Virus record (IMG/VR): IMGVR_UViG_3300033153_008530
Location: 1-64,000 of that record
Origin: a virus
Length of the DNA stretch: 64,000 bases
Direction: 5' to 3' (one strand)
Shown here one piece after another: positions 16,817 through 26,641 of the stretch. Position numbers and translations under genes: made by a program. Every line of letters begins with the position of its first letter. Within the stretch, counting starts at the first letter, position 1. A model generated the notes under the pieces. That model had not been told where the DNA came from and did no database searches. It worked only from the letters and a program-made list of their open reading frames with translations.

Positions 16817-17311
16817 ATGAATGAAATAAAAAACACAGAAAAAAGAGTAATTATTAATGAAGAAAATTATAATGATATTAAAGAGCTTTTAGTATCAGCA
16901 GATCATGGATCAATAAAAGTAGGCTTATCAATTCTTGAAGAAGCAGAATATAAAAGATCTGAAATTTATATTTTATGTTTATTAAAAGAAGCATTTCAAC
17001 TTCCTACGTTTAAATTCTCACTGCATGAATTGGCTGATGATTATCCAATTCTTTTTACTAAGACCACGAGATCTGTGGATGTAAGAGAAACTTGGACAAG
17101 ATCAAAAAAAGATACACAAGCAAATGGAGTAACAGTTGAAACATCCTTATCTTATCGTGTGTTGTATGACTTATCACTTGAAAGAGATAATCCCATAGCA
17201 ACTAAATTTATAATTAACTTATTTAAAGATGATTTAGTAAACTTCCTACAAAATTATGGATTTAGTTTTCTTGAATATCTAGATATAGAAATAAAACCAA
17301 AGAAAAAATGA
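16817..17311 (+). CDS. hypothetical protein coupled to the vWA gene
   Basis: ATGA overlap with the vWA gene; shares a helical motif with 28970 and 30114. Confidence 0.65.
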   Translation: MNEIKNTEKRVIINEENYNDIKELLVSADHGSIKVGLSILEEAEYKRSEIYILCLLKEAFQLPTFKFSLHELADDYPILFTKTTRSVDVRETWTRSKKDTQANGVTVETSLSYRVLYDLSLERDNPIATKFIINLFKDDLVNFLQNYGFSFLEYLDIEIKPKKK

Positions 17312-18657
17312 TAAAAAATTCTGATACATTGGCAAGAGCCACAAAAGAATTAATGTTAAAAGAGCCTTTTTACGGGCTCTTTTTAATCACATTAAATAAA
17401 GTATGGATAGATAGTATAGACACAGCAGGTGTCAGTAAAAACGGGATTAACATGCAATTAGCAATTAATCCAGTGTTTTGGATGAATTTATCTTCTGAAT
17501 ATAAAGTAGGTATATTAAAACATGAATTACTTCATATTGCTTTTCAGCATTTAACTTTAAGAGATAGATATAAAAGTCATAAGTTATTTAATATAGCAGC
17601 TGACTTAGAGATCAATCAATATATTGATAGAGCATATTTACCAGGAGGTAATTATCCTGATAAAGAAACTTATGAAGCTGACTTAAAGATATTTATGGAT
17701 GAAGTTAAAAGAAAACTTAAGGCAGATGAATATACTAAAGAAGAAGCAAGAGCACAAATGCTTAAACTTCCTATTAGAGCCTTATTTCTTGAAGATTTTA
17801 AAGAATTAAACTTAGATACTAAAGCAGGTACTGATTATTATTATAAAAAACTTCAAGAAGCACAACAATCAGGACCTGATGGTAAAGGCGGATGTCCTTA
17901 TTTAGATGAGTTAATGCAAGGTGGTGGAGAGGGAGAAGGAGAAGGTAAACCAGGAGATCCTAGAGAACCTCATCATGCACATGCTACGTGGAAAGAATTT
18001 GACGCTCTTGATGAAGCAGAAAAAAAGTTAATCCAAAAACAGGTTGATTATCAACTTAAAGGTGTAGCAGAACAAGTTCAAAAATCTAGAGGATATGTTC
18101 CTGGAGAGATTGCAGATTATATTAATGGCTTATTTGATGATACACCACCTAAATTTGACTGGAAAGGTTTTCTAAGAATGTTTGTAGGAGGGTCTATTAA
18201 GACTTTTACTAAAAAGTCAAGAAGAAAACTTAGTAGAAGATATGAAGGTAATCCAGGTTTAAGGATTAAACAGAAAAAACATATCTTAGTAGGTATTGAT
18301 ACTTCTGGAAGCGTAAGTAATGATGAGTTAGTTGAGTTCTTTAATGAAATCCATCATATGCATAAAACTGGAGCAGAAGTTACTGTTGCACAATGTGATG
18401 CTTCAATAAGTAGTGTTAAATCTTATAAAAGGCCAGCAGACGGTAAAATTGAAGTTACCGGGCGTGGTGGAACCAGTTTTCAACCTGTAATTGATTATTA
18501 CAATGAAAATAAAAGAAAGTTTTCTTGTCTTGTATATCTTACTGATTGTGAAGCGCCTGCGCCTGATCCAAAGCCAAGAGGAAGAATGCTATGGGTATTA
18601 TCATCACGTTCATATGATAATAATGATTTACCAGGAGCAGTAATCAAATTAAGTTAA
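17308..18657 (+). CDS. HEXXH metallopeptidase-like plus vWA domain protein (DUF2201-type)
   Basis: EPFYG, HELLH, NIAADLEIN, MIDAS DTSGS, GRGGT, YLTD. Confidence 0.9.
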   Translation: MIKNSDTLARATKELMLKEPFYGLFLITLNKVWIDSIDTAGVSKNGINMQLAINPVFWMNLSSEYKVGILKHELLHIAFQHLTLRDRYKSHKLFNIAADLEINQYIDRAYLPGGNYPDKETYEADLKIFMDEVKRKLKADEYTKEEARAQMLKLPIRALFLEDFKELNLDTKAGTDYYYKKLQEAQQSGPDGKGGCPYLDELMQGGGEGEGEGKPGDPREPHHAHATWKEFDALDEAEKKLIQKQVDYQLKGVAEQVQKSRGYVPGEIADYINGLFDDTPPKFDWKGFLRMFVGGSIKTFTKKSRRKLSRRYEGNPGLRIKQKKHILVGIDTSGSVSNDELVEFFNEIHHMHKTGAEVTVAQCDASISSVKSYKRPADGKIEVTGRGGTSFQPVIDYYNENKRKFSCLVYLTDCEAPAPDPKPRGRMLWVLSSRSYDNNDLPGAVIKLS

Positions 18658-18683
18658 ACAAACCAAAGTAATAAAAGTAAAGA

Positions 18684-19871
18684 ATGAATAACACAGTAAA
18701 CTTAAATGTTAATGAGCTAAAAGATTTTTTAGGTCATATTATTAAAAACAACAGACACTTACAGGCTAATGGAAAAAATTCTGTTTCCGTTGAAGTAGTA
18801 GGTGAATCTGGTATAGGTAAAACTTCAAGTATATTACAACTTGCTGATGAAATGAATCTAAATTTTATAAAATTAAATTTAGCACAAATAGAAGAATTAG
18901 GAGACTTAGTTGGGTTTCCTATTAGACAATTTCAAATGGCAAAAAAAGATAAAGATGATAAATGGTCAATGAAATGGGCTGATGAACATCTTGTTGGCTC
19001 ATTTAAAGACAAAGGATACCAACCAACTGGTAAATCTCAAATGTCTTATTGTGCACCTGAATGGATTGCAGATAAGAAAAAAGGTGGGATATTATTATTA
19101 GATGATTGGAACAGAGCAGATGTAAGATTTATACAAGCTGTAATGGAATTAATTGATAGACAACAATATATATCATGGACATTACCAGAAGATTGGCATA
19201 TTTTATTAACTGCTAATCCAGATAATGGAGATTATTTAGTTCAAGCAATTGATTCAGCTCAGAGAACAAGGTTTATTACTGCTAATCTAAAGTTTGACGC
19301 AGAAACATGGGCTAAGTGGGCAGAAGGATCACAAATTGATGGTAGATGTATTAACTTCCTTTTAATGCATCCTGAGTTAGTTACACAAGAAACTAATGCA
19401 AGATCAATTACTACTTTCTTTAATGCAATTAGTTCATTTGAGAAATTTGAAAGTGAACTTCCTATGATCCAAATGATTGGTGAAGGGTCAGTAGGACAAG
19501 AATTTTCTACTATGTTTACTACATTTATTAATAATAAGTTGGATAAGCTTCCCACACCAGATACAATGTTGTGTCATGAAAATGAACAACATGTTAGAAC
19601 AACGTTAAAAGAGGCTATTGGTGTTGAACATAATTATAGAGCAGATGTTGCTGCAGTACTATGTACTAGATTAGCTAATTATGCTTTACATTATTCAACA
19701 TCTAATACAATATCTCAAAAAATCATAGATAGATTAGTAATGCTATCTACTGAAGAAATTTTTGCAAATGATTTGAAGTATTACGCTATTAGAGAAATCT
19801 TAAATGGTAATAAACAAAAATTTCAAAAATTAATGATGAATGCTGAAGTAGTTAAAATGGCTACTAAGTAA
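18684..19871 (+). CDS. MoxR-like AAA+ ATPase
   Basis: GESGIGKT, GDLVGFP, LLLDDWNRA, TANP, AQRTRF. Confidence 0.9.
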   Translation: MNNTVNLNVNELKDFLGHIIKNNRHLQANGKNSVSVEVVGESGIGKTSSILQLADEMNLNFIKLNLAQIEELGDLVGFPIRQFQMAKKDKDDKWSMKWADEHLVGSFKDKGYQPTGKSQMSYCAPEWIADKKKGGILLLDDWNRADVRFIQAVMELIDRQQYISWTLPEDWHILLTANPDNGDYLVQAIDSAQRTRFITANLKFDAETWAKWAEGSQIDGRCINFLLMHPELVTQETNARSITTFFNAISSFEKFESELPMIQMIGEGSVGQEFSTMFTTFINNKLDKLPTPDTMLCHENEQHVRTTLKEAIGVEHNYRADVAAVLCTRLANYALHYSTSNTISQKIIDRLVMLSTEEIFANDLKYYAIREILNGNKQKFQKLMMNAEVVKMATK

Positions 19872-19939
19872 ATCATATCTAACATAAGAGGGTGTAATGC
19901 CCTCTTAATATTTATAAACCAACAATTAAAATTTGTATT

Positions 19940-20185
19940 ATGGCAAAAACTGCTAAAAAAACTACTGTAAAGAAAAAAACAGTTACTAAAAATGCATCTG
20001 ATCTAAGAAAAAATTCATTAGAGATTGCAGATGCATGTAAAGACATATGGGATGACAGAGAAGATTTAAAAGCTGCGCAAGTAGCCTTAAAAGGTTATGC
20101 AACAGCTAATTCTGTTACTAAATCACAACTGATATATAAAAAGATGTCAGGTAAACCTGCTAATATTAAATTCCTTGAAGACTAA
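19940..20185 (+). CDS. hypothetical basic protein
   Basis: 81 aa after hairpin 19886-19908. Confidence 0.65.
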   Translation: MAKTAKKTTVKKKTVTKNASDLRKNSLEIADACKDIWDDREDLKAAQVALKGYATANSVTKSQLIYKKMSGKPANIKFLED

Positions 20186-20573
20186 ATGTAAAAATTGTAC
20201 TAAGTGTAAAAAACATTTACCTCTTACTGATTTTTATAAGTCATCAGCAATTAAATTAAATGGATATAAATGGGATGGAAGAAAATCAAGATGTAAATCT
20301 TGTATTTCAAAAATAAATTATGAGAATTATAGGCTAAAACATGAAAATGTAATAGAAAATTATCATGCTAAAAGTCCCATTCCTCTAACAGTAAGAAGAA
20401 AGAAAGTGAGACAAAAACATGTTGATACACTTTCTGATTCATATATTAAACATCGTATTTTTAGTAATCTTTTAATGGATCATGATTGTCGTATAACTTA
20501 TGATGACATTCCACAAGAGCTTATTGATAGTACAAGAAAAAAGATAGAATTGTATAGAGAATTATACAAATAA
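20175..20573 (+). CDS. Zn-finger DNA-binding protein (HNH-associated type)
   Basis: CTKC...TDFYK...SRCKSC; TTG start overlapping the upstream gene. Confidence 0.6.
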   Translation: MKTKCKNCTKCKKHLPLTDFYKSSAIKLNGYKWDGRKSRCKSCISKINYENYRLKHENVIENYHAKSPIPLTVRRKKVRQKHVDTLSDSYIKHRIFSNLLMDHDCRITYDDIPQELIDSTRKKIELYRELYK

Positions 20574-20661
20574 ATAAAGAGGGAGTGCAAGAGATTGCTA
20601 GGCGTTTTTAGATTGTGTTTCGCCTTCATAACCTCCCTCTTTTATTAAAACCAAAAGAAAA

Positions 20662-21057
20662 ATGAAAGGACTATTTGAGGCCAAGTTGAAAAAGAAAGAT
20701 GGTAAATTAATATATACAAAAGAAAGTTATAACATTTTGTATAAGGAGTTTATTAATCTTATAAAGAATAATGACGAGGTAAGTATGATCATGGAGATAG
20801 ATACCGGGACAGTAACATTAGCACAACTAGCTAAAGTCCATAAATGTATAAGAATACTTGCATCAGATTTAGGTTATGATTTTGAAGATGTTAAAATACT
20901 TATTAAAGATAAAGCAGGTTTAGTAATTAAAAGAACTGTTGAAGGAAAAGACTACATGGACTGGAAATCTTTTGGACAATGCTCTAAAGAAGAAATAAAC
21001 CTGGCTATTCAGGCATGTATTACATTAGGAGATATGGTTGGAAGTAATTTAAGATGA
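20662..21057 (+). CDS. NinB-like hypothetical protein
   Basis: TLAQLAKVH...LGY.FED.K...SF...SKEE.. pattern. Confidence 0.5.
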   Translation: MKGLFEAKLKKKDGKLIYTKESYNILYKEFINLIKNNDEVSMIMEIDTGTVTLAQLAKVHKCIRILASDLGYDFEDVKILIKDKAGLVIKRTVEGKDYMDWKSFGQCSKEEINLAIQACITLGDMVGSNLR

Positions 21058-21426
21058 TTCTTTATGTGGTAACCAGATATCAAACAAACTGGAAACTGTA
21101 TTTTCATCAAGAGGAAGTTCTTCAGTATAAAAAAGATCTTTTTCTCTAAACTTAGTATCAATCTCATTTAATAATAAGACTAAAGTCTGTAAATCAAATG
21201 CAGACTTTTTATTTTCAGGAAAGTCTTGATATGTTCCACATTCAGATGCTAATTTATGTGCTTCTTTTATGGCACTCTCATCATTAAAAGTTTGAGAAAA
21301 TGTCATATATAATTTTTGAAGTCTTAAGAAAAAATCAGCACCAACATCTAATGATATTACAGAGCCTTCTTTTACAAATTCAAATTTGTATTTTAATTCT
21401 CCGTCATCTTTTTTATCTTCACTCAT
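21049..21426 (-). CDS. hypothetical protein, antisense to the replication block
   Basis: 125 aa in a gap of the plus strand, preceded by TGTATATT at 21434-21441. Confidence 0.65.
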   Translation of the reverse strand: MSEDKKDDGELKYKFEFVKEGSVISLDVGADFFLRLQKLYMTFSQTFNDESAIKEAHKLASECGTYQDFPENKKSAFDLQTLVLLLNEIDTKFREKDLFYTEELPLDENTVSSLFDIWLPHKESS

Positions 21427-21444
21427 AAATGTAAATATACAAAA

Positions 21445-22143
21445 ATGAAAGAAACCAAATTAAAAGAAGTTCAATTAAAATTATATGAAAGATTATGTAA
21501 AGCAGATTGGGGGGAACCCTTAAAATTATTTGTTCTCTCTCAAGAGTTTATAAATATACTAGATAAATTATGGGATGAATCTCGTAATGGAAAGAAATTT
21601 ACACCAGTTATTAAACAATTATTCAGAGCATTTGAAGAATGTTCATATAATGAAACTAAAGTTGTCATAATTGGTCAGGATCCATATCCGTACTTAAATT
21701 CTGCAGACGGGATTGCCTTCTCATGCAGTAATAAAAACAAAACAGAAACTTCATTAAGATTCATTGGTAATGAAATTAAGAGAACAGTTTATCCAGATCA
21801 GGATTACATAGTACCTAATGATCTTATTTGTTGGGCTAACCAAGGTGTATTATTACTTAATACAGCCTTTACTACACAAGTAAAGAAGGTTGGAAAACAT
21901 TATGAACTCTGGAATCCTTTTATGACATACTTACTTGATGTTCTAAATACTAACCCTAACCTCATATATGTGTTCATGGGAAGAGTGGCCTCACAATGGA
22001 ATAAAAATATAAATGACAAAAATCTTAGGTTTTTTCTAAACCATCCTGCTCACGGAGCGTATAGTAAAAAAGGATGGGACTGTCAAAATGTATTTAATGA
22101 AATAAATAAATTATTAACTAAAAAAGAAAGAATAAAATGGTAG
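21445..22143 (+). CDS. ung: family 1 uracil-DNA glycosylase
   Basis: KVVIIGQDPYP, ADGIAFS, WANQGVLLLN, HPA. Confidence 0.9.
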   Translation: MKETKLKEVQLKLYERLCKADWGEPLKLFVLSQEFINILDKLWDESRNGKKFTPVIKQLFRAFEECSYNETKVVIIGQDPYPYLNSADGIAFSCSNKNKTETSLRFIGNEIKRTVYPDQDYIVPNDLICWANQGVLLLNTAFTTQVKKVGKHYELWNPFMTYLLDVLNTNPNLIYVFMGRVASQWNKNINDKNLRFFLNHPAHGAYSKKGWDCQNVFNEINKLLTKKERIKW

Positions 22144-22236
22144 AAGAATGTAGAATAAACGACTTAATATTGAAATGTATACACAGAAATTATAAAATTG
22201 AAACAGCTCAAAGATACTTAAGAAGATACTGTAAAA

Positions 22237-22647
22237 TTAATTTATCAAATGAAGTATTAGGAGCACGCCACAAGCTATTGTTGAAACTCCAAACCCAGCT
22301 TTAAATATTTTTAATTTGCGTTCTGATTTTTTTAATGATTTTTCTAAAGTATCAATATATCCTTCATTGTTACTGATGATAATCTTATGTTTTACACTGA
22401 TGCTATCACAATTTATTAATTGGTAATCTTTACCTTGTATGACTAATTCTAAAATTTTAATTTCTTTATTTGTTGCATCTAAAAGATCCTGAGATTGATT
22501 GGCCTTAATTAGCTTTCTAGCAATTAAACGAGCCTCATCAGCTTTATAGCATACAACTGTGTCACCATCTGAATCAATTCCAATTTGACCGTATGATACT
22601 GTCAAGTTGATAAATAGTAGAGGTATTAATATATTGAATAGTTTCAT
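22237..22647 (-). CDS. putative spanin-like subunit (signal peptide, coiled coil, C-terminal TM)
   Basis: Overlaps the upstream coiled-coil membrane gene by 74 nt, resembling an Rz/Rz1 layout. Confidence 0.5.
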   Translation of the reverse strand: MKLFNILIPLLFINLTVSYGQIGIDSDGDTVVCYKADEARLIARKLIKANQSQDLLDATNKEIKILELVIQGKDYQLINCDSISVKHKIIISNNEGYIDTLEKSLKKSERKLKIFKAGFGVSTIACGVLLILHLIN

Positions 22648-22882
22648 GATAGATATGTCTTATTGAATCTTTATAAAGGATAATAGTATCTCTTTTAATT
22701 TCTAAATTTTCAATTAAATTTGTAAGAGAATCATTTTGAGAGTGTAAGTCTGTTATTTCTTTCTTAAGCCCGCTATTATCCACTTTTGGTGGAAAAGTAA
22801 CAGGCTTTTGAAAGATTAAAAAGCATATTAAAATAACTATCACTATACTCATAATGATTATTATTTTAGATGGTAAATTCAC
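22574..22882 (-). CDS. putative i-spanin (N-terminal TM plus coiled coil)
   Basis: GTG start overlapping the holin stop; single TM followed by heptads. Confidence 0.55.
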   Translation of the reverse strand: MNLPSKIIIIMSIVIVILICFLIFQKPVTFPPKVDNSGLKKEITDLHSQNDSLTNLIENLEIKRDTIILYKDSIRHIYHETIQYINTSTIYQLDSIIRSNWN

Positions 22883-23082
22883 TATCCTTTCTTTTTCTTT
22901 AAGCCGTTTGCAATGTGCTCTGCACCATTACCCGCTGCATAAAGACCAAAGATCCAGACAATTGAATCTAACCATCCAGCAAAATCACACTTATCCAGAA
23001 ACAAGAAAGTTGTTACTGCAATAAATAATAATAATGCAAAAGTAGTCTTACGACCACCACAGAAATTAAATAACTTTTCCAT
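22882..23082 (-). CDS. putative holin
   Basis: 66 aa, GGRK then two TM helices, basic tail KKKG; TGTATATT at 23107-23114. Confidence 0.6.
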   Translation of the reverse strand: MEKLFNFCGGRKTTFALLLFIAVTTFLFLDKCDFAGWLDSIVWIFGLYAAGNGAEHIANGLKKKKG

Positions 23083-23120
23083 AATTTTTAATTTAAAATG
23101 TAACATAATATACAGAAAAT

Positions 23121-23606
23121 ATGACACTTAGAAAAATAAAAATAAAAGAAGCTGAAGAACTTATAGATAGTTTTAGATCAAACTTTAAAGAATTAATAGG
23201 AACAGACGTAATAATTAAATATATGCTTAAAGACGATTATACAAAAGAAAATCTACCCATATTGAATCTTATTGAACTTGAAGAAATTGTTAATAAATTT
23301 CTATTAGAAGTATTTCCAAGTGGAATAAAAGATACTATTAAATCCAGAAAAGGTTCATATATTATGTATAAACACATATTTTGTAAACTTGCATATGATA
23401 TGAATCACACAACAGTTGAAATTGGAAAATATTTAAATCAGACACATTCAACAGTATGTTGTGGAAAACTTAGATGTAAAGATCTTTTATTCTCTAGAGA
23501 TAAAGAATATGTTGAAACATATACTAAGATAGTAACCTATATAAAAATAATTTATGGATATGATGACAATGTACAACATACTGATAAAGAAGAATGTAAC
23601 ACCTAA
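23121..23606 (+). CDS. DnaA domain IV-like HTH protein
   Basis: KHIFCKLA...TTVEIGKYLNQTHSTV resembles the DnaA C-terminal IG..F..DHTTV motif. Confidence 0.6.
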   Translation: MTLRKIKIKEAEELIDSFRSNFKELIGTDVIIKYMLKDDYTKENLPILNLIELEEIVNKFLLEVFPSGIKDTIKSRKGSYIMYKHIFCKLAYDMNHTTVEIGKYLNQTHSTVCCGKLRCKDLLFSRDKEYVETYTKIVTYIKIIYGYDDNVQHTDKEECNT

Positions 23607-24147
23607 TCAATTCTATTTGATGTATTGTATTAAAGAAAATCTTGATACACCCTTAATTAATATATCACTTGAATTAAGATTATTAAAGAAAAATGACTGG
23701 ATAGATAACCAAAATACTCTATTACCAAAAAGTCTAAAACTTATTGATGATATAGAAAGTTATTTTAAAGTTTCTAAAACTAAAACAAACAAAATTATAT
23801 TAGGTAATAAGTTTAGTGATAATATAAAAATATATAGAGAACTCTTTCCTAAAGGATTGTTACCACACGGTAAACCAGGAAGAAGCTCTATTAAAAATTT
23901 AGAAATAGGATTTAGATGGTTTTTTAAAAACTTTTCCTACACATGGACTATTATATTAAAAGCTACTGCAATTTACGTTGATGAATATGAAAAAGCCAAC
24001 TATAAATTTATGCAGACATCACAATACTTTATAAGAAAACAAGCAAGTGATAAAAGCTGGAACTCAACATTAGCTGATTATTGTGAAATTGTTGATTCTG
24101 GTGAAGATATAGAAGAAGATACACACTTCTCAGAAAATGTAGTATAA
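23554..24147 (+). CDS. putative replication initiator or helicase loader
   Basis: N-terminal wHTH-like part; YRELFP...YMQ/FMQTSQYFI-type C-terminal part; lies upstream of DnaB. Confidence 0.5.
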   Translation: MDMMTMYNILIKKNVTPNQFYLMYCIKENLDTPLINISLELRLLKKNDWIDNQNTLLPKSLKLIDDIESYFKVSKTKTNKIILGNKFSDNIKIYRELFPKGLLPHGKPGRSSIKNLEIGFRWFFKNFSYTWTIILKATAIYVDEYEKANYKFMQTSQYFIRKQASDKSWNSTLADYCEIVDSGEDIEEDTHFSENVV

Positions 24148-24329
24148 TGGAAAAAACAAAAACAAAAACAAAGTCACATTTTAAAAATATTTTTATAGGA
24201 ATTATATGCTCATTATTAGCATTTACACTGATAAATCTTTTGATAATTAACATTAGCATTTATCAATATATATTCCTTGAAATATGTTTTGTAATGTGTC
24301 GTAAATTACATATATTAGCACAAGAGTAA
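24147..24329 (+). CDS. small membrane protein
   Basis: Two hydrophobic segments; TAATG coupling. Confidence 0.5.
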   Translation: MEKTKTKTKSHFKNIFIGIICSLLAFTLINLLIINISIYQYIFLEICFVMCRKLHILAQE

Positions 24330-24375
24330 ACTGACGATACTCCTATATATGCTATAAACCAATAAATTTAACTAT

Positions 24376-25407
24376 ATGTCAAGTATGGCCCTTAAACCGT
24401 GGAAAAAACAAAAGGAAGGGTTTGAAGATTCATTAATATATTTAAAAGGCAGACAGAAAGGTATAATCACAAGTATCAAAACACCTTGGTTAAAGGTAAA
24501 TGATGCAACAACAGATGGTATAGAATGGCATTCTATGACTGTTATTGGTGGAAGACCAGGTAGTGGCAAGACGTTAATGAAAGATCAGCTTATAAAAGAA
24601 GCTTTTCCTTTAAATCCAGCGGAGAATTTCAGATGTTTAGAATTTCAATTAGAAATGCTAGCAAGAACATCTGCAATCAGAGCGTATTCAAGTGAATTAG
24701 GAGTTACATATAAATATTTATGTAGCGCTGATGGTAAGTTATCTGAAAATGACTTATCAAGATGCTATGAATATGCTAAAAAGAGGATTAAATATCCTAT
24801 AGATATTGTTGAATTAGCACCAACAGTTGAACAATTAAAAAATATAATTGAAGATTATATGAATGTACATAGTAAGTACATTGAAAAGACAATTAAAAAA
24901 GAAGGGGTTGAACAAATAGTTAAACTTAAAGAGTTTACTAAAACTATTATAACTCTTGATCATTCAATATTAATAAAATCTGCAAAATCACATAAAGGAA
25001 AACAAGATACTTTATATGAATTAGGTGAAGTACTTACTGAACTTAAAAGAAAATATCCTATAGCGTTTATTATTCTTAGTCAATTAAATAGAGGAATTGA
25101 TAAACCAGAAAGAAATGAAGATGGAAAGTATGGGAACTATGTATTAGATTCAGATATATTTGGAGCTGATGCTCTATTGCAACATGCTGATACTGTGATT
25201 GGTCTTAATAGACCAGGTAAGCAGAAAATACGTTTTTATGGCCCTGATAGATATATCATTGAAAATGATAAAGTACTTGTTATGCATTTTTTAAAATGTA
25301 GAAATGGAGACGCAAGAATGAGTTTCTTTAATGCAGCATTTGAAAGAATGTCAATTGAAGAAATGGCAACTCCTCCTACAATGGATAGAAGATCAAATAG
25401 AATGTAA
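24376..25407 (+). CDS. dnaB: DnaB-like replicative helicase (SF4)
   Basis: GGRPGSGKT, FQLEM, ITLDH, LSQLNR, KCRNG. Confidence 0.9.
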   Translation: MSSMALKPWKKQKEGFEDSLIYLKGRQKGIITSIKTPWLKVNDATTDGIEWHSMTVIGGRPGSGKTLMKDQLIKEAFPLNPAENFRCLEFQLEMLARTSAIRAYSSELGVTYKYLCSADGKLSENDLSRCYEYAKKRIKYPIDIVELAPTVEQLKNIIEDYMNVHSKYIEKTIKKEGVEQIVKLKEFTKTIITLDHSILIKSAKSHKGKQDTLYELGEVLTELKRKYPIAFIILSQLNRGIDKPERNEDGKYGNYVLDSDIFGADALLQHADTVIGLNRPGKQKIRFYGPDRYIIENDKVLVMHFLKCRNGDARMSFFNAAFERMSIEEMATPPTMDRRSNRM

Positions 25408-25408
25408 A

Positions 25409-25933
25409 ATGAATTTAGAAAAAAAGAAACCAACACCTCAAGAAAGAAAACATATTACAGAAGAATTAAGAAAAAAACATAAGCCAATTTTTGATAAATT
25501 AGATGCACCAGATGCATTATATATCCCTAAAATGGCATATGTACCAAAAGGACTTAATGAAGTGTGTATGGGGTTCTTTGAGAGTGAATTAGATAACGGT
25601 GATATTTACACTGAAAAAGTAAGTATGAGTATGGAATCAGAAGATCCATCAAGAACATTGTATAAAATAAAATATAATCCTTATTACAAGGATGAATATG
25701 CAGCAAGTGAGCCTAATAACATTACGGGTAACGTAAGGTATTATGTACCATTTGCGGAAATGGAGGTAGTTCAAGAACCTGAAGAAGAAAGTGAGTTTAA
25801 CTTAATAGATCCAGATGAAGACATGCCTTTAGACCAAATGACTATGAGAGATTTTGCTGCCATTGTGCTGGTTGAACCAGTGAGTAAAAAAGAATGGCTA
25901 AATAAGATAATTAAGAATGTAAATATAAAATAA
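25409..25933 (+). CDS. hypothetical replication-module protein
   Basis: ATG 25409; C-terminal MTMRDFAAI...PVSKKEWLN motif. Confidence 0.7.
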   Translation: MNLEKKKPTPQERKHITEELRKKHKPIFDKLDAPDALYIPKMAYVPKGLNEVCMGFFESELDNGDIYTEKVSMSMESEDPSRTLYKIKYNPYYKDEYAASEPNNITGNVRYYVPFAEMEVVQEPEEESEFNLIDPDEDMPLDQMTMRDFAAIVLVEPVSKKEWLNKIIKNVNIK

Positions 25934-25950
25934 CCAACAAATAAGTAAAT

Positions 25951-26634
25951 ATGGCACAAAGTATTTTGATCATTGCTGAGTCTGGAGCTGGTAAATCCAC
26001 TGCAGGTAGGCATTTAAATCCAAAAGAAACATTTTGGATAAACGTAGCAAATAAACCATTACCATTTAAGGGATGGAAAAAGAAGTATAAAAAATTAAAT
26101 AAAGAAAATTTAGATGGTAATTTATCATCTGTTGCAACACCAACTGGTATTATTAAGGCCATGGACTATGTAAGTAATGAGAGACCTGAAATTAAAGTTC
26201 TAATTGTAGATGATTGGCAATATATGTCAGCATTTGAATATTTTGATAGAGCAGATGAAGTAGGTTATGCTAAGTTTACTGACATTGGTAAATGGTTAGC
26301 CAAAGTTGCAAAAAAACCTATGTCATTAAGAGAAGACCTATTTATATTTTTCATGACTCACTCTGAAGAAACAACAGACTATAAAGGAAAAAGAAAACAA
26401 AAAGCAAAAACAATTGGTAAGATGGTAGATGAAAAGCTTACCCTTGAAGGTTTATTTTCAATTGTCCTTTATGGAAAGATAAAACAGAATGAGAATGGTG
26501 AAACTGACTATGTATTTGAAACAACAAGTGATGGATCAAATACATGTAAAGCACCTATGGGAATGTTTAAAACAGAAGTTATACCAAATGATCTGAAAAT
26601 TGTTAAAGAAGCAATTATTGAATACGAAAAATAA
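25951..26634 (+). CDS. AAA_24 / Sak4-like ATPase
   Basis: AESGAGKST, KPLPF, IVDDWQY, NTCKAPMGMF. Confidence 0.85.
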   Translation: MAQSILIIAESGAGKSTAGRHLNPKETFWINVANKPLPFKGWKKKYKKLNKENLDGNLSSVATPTGIIKAMDYVSNERPEIKVLIVDDWQYMSAFEYFDRADEVGYAKFTDIGKWLAKVAKKPMSLREDLFIFFMTHSEETTDYKGKRKQKAKTIGKMVDEKLTLEGLFSIVLYGKIKQNENGETDYVFETTSDGSNTCKAPMGMFKTEVIPNDLKIVKEAIIEYEK

Positions 26635-26641
26635 AATAAAA

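Noticed and set aside
21445-22143. UNG as evidence of a uracil-containing or modified genome
   Set aside because: A phage-encoded UNG argues against uracil DNA, and no base-modification genes are in the window
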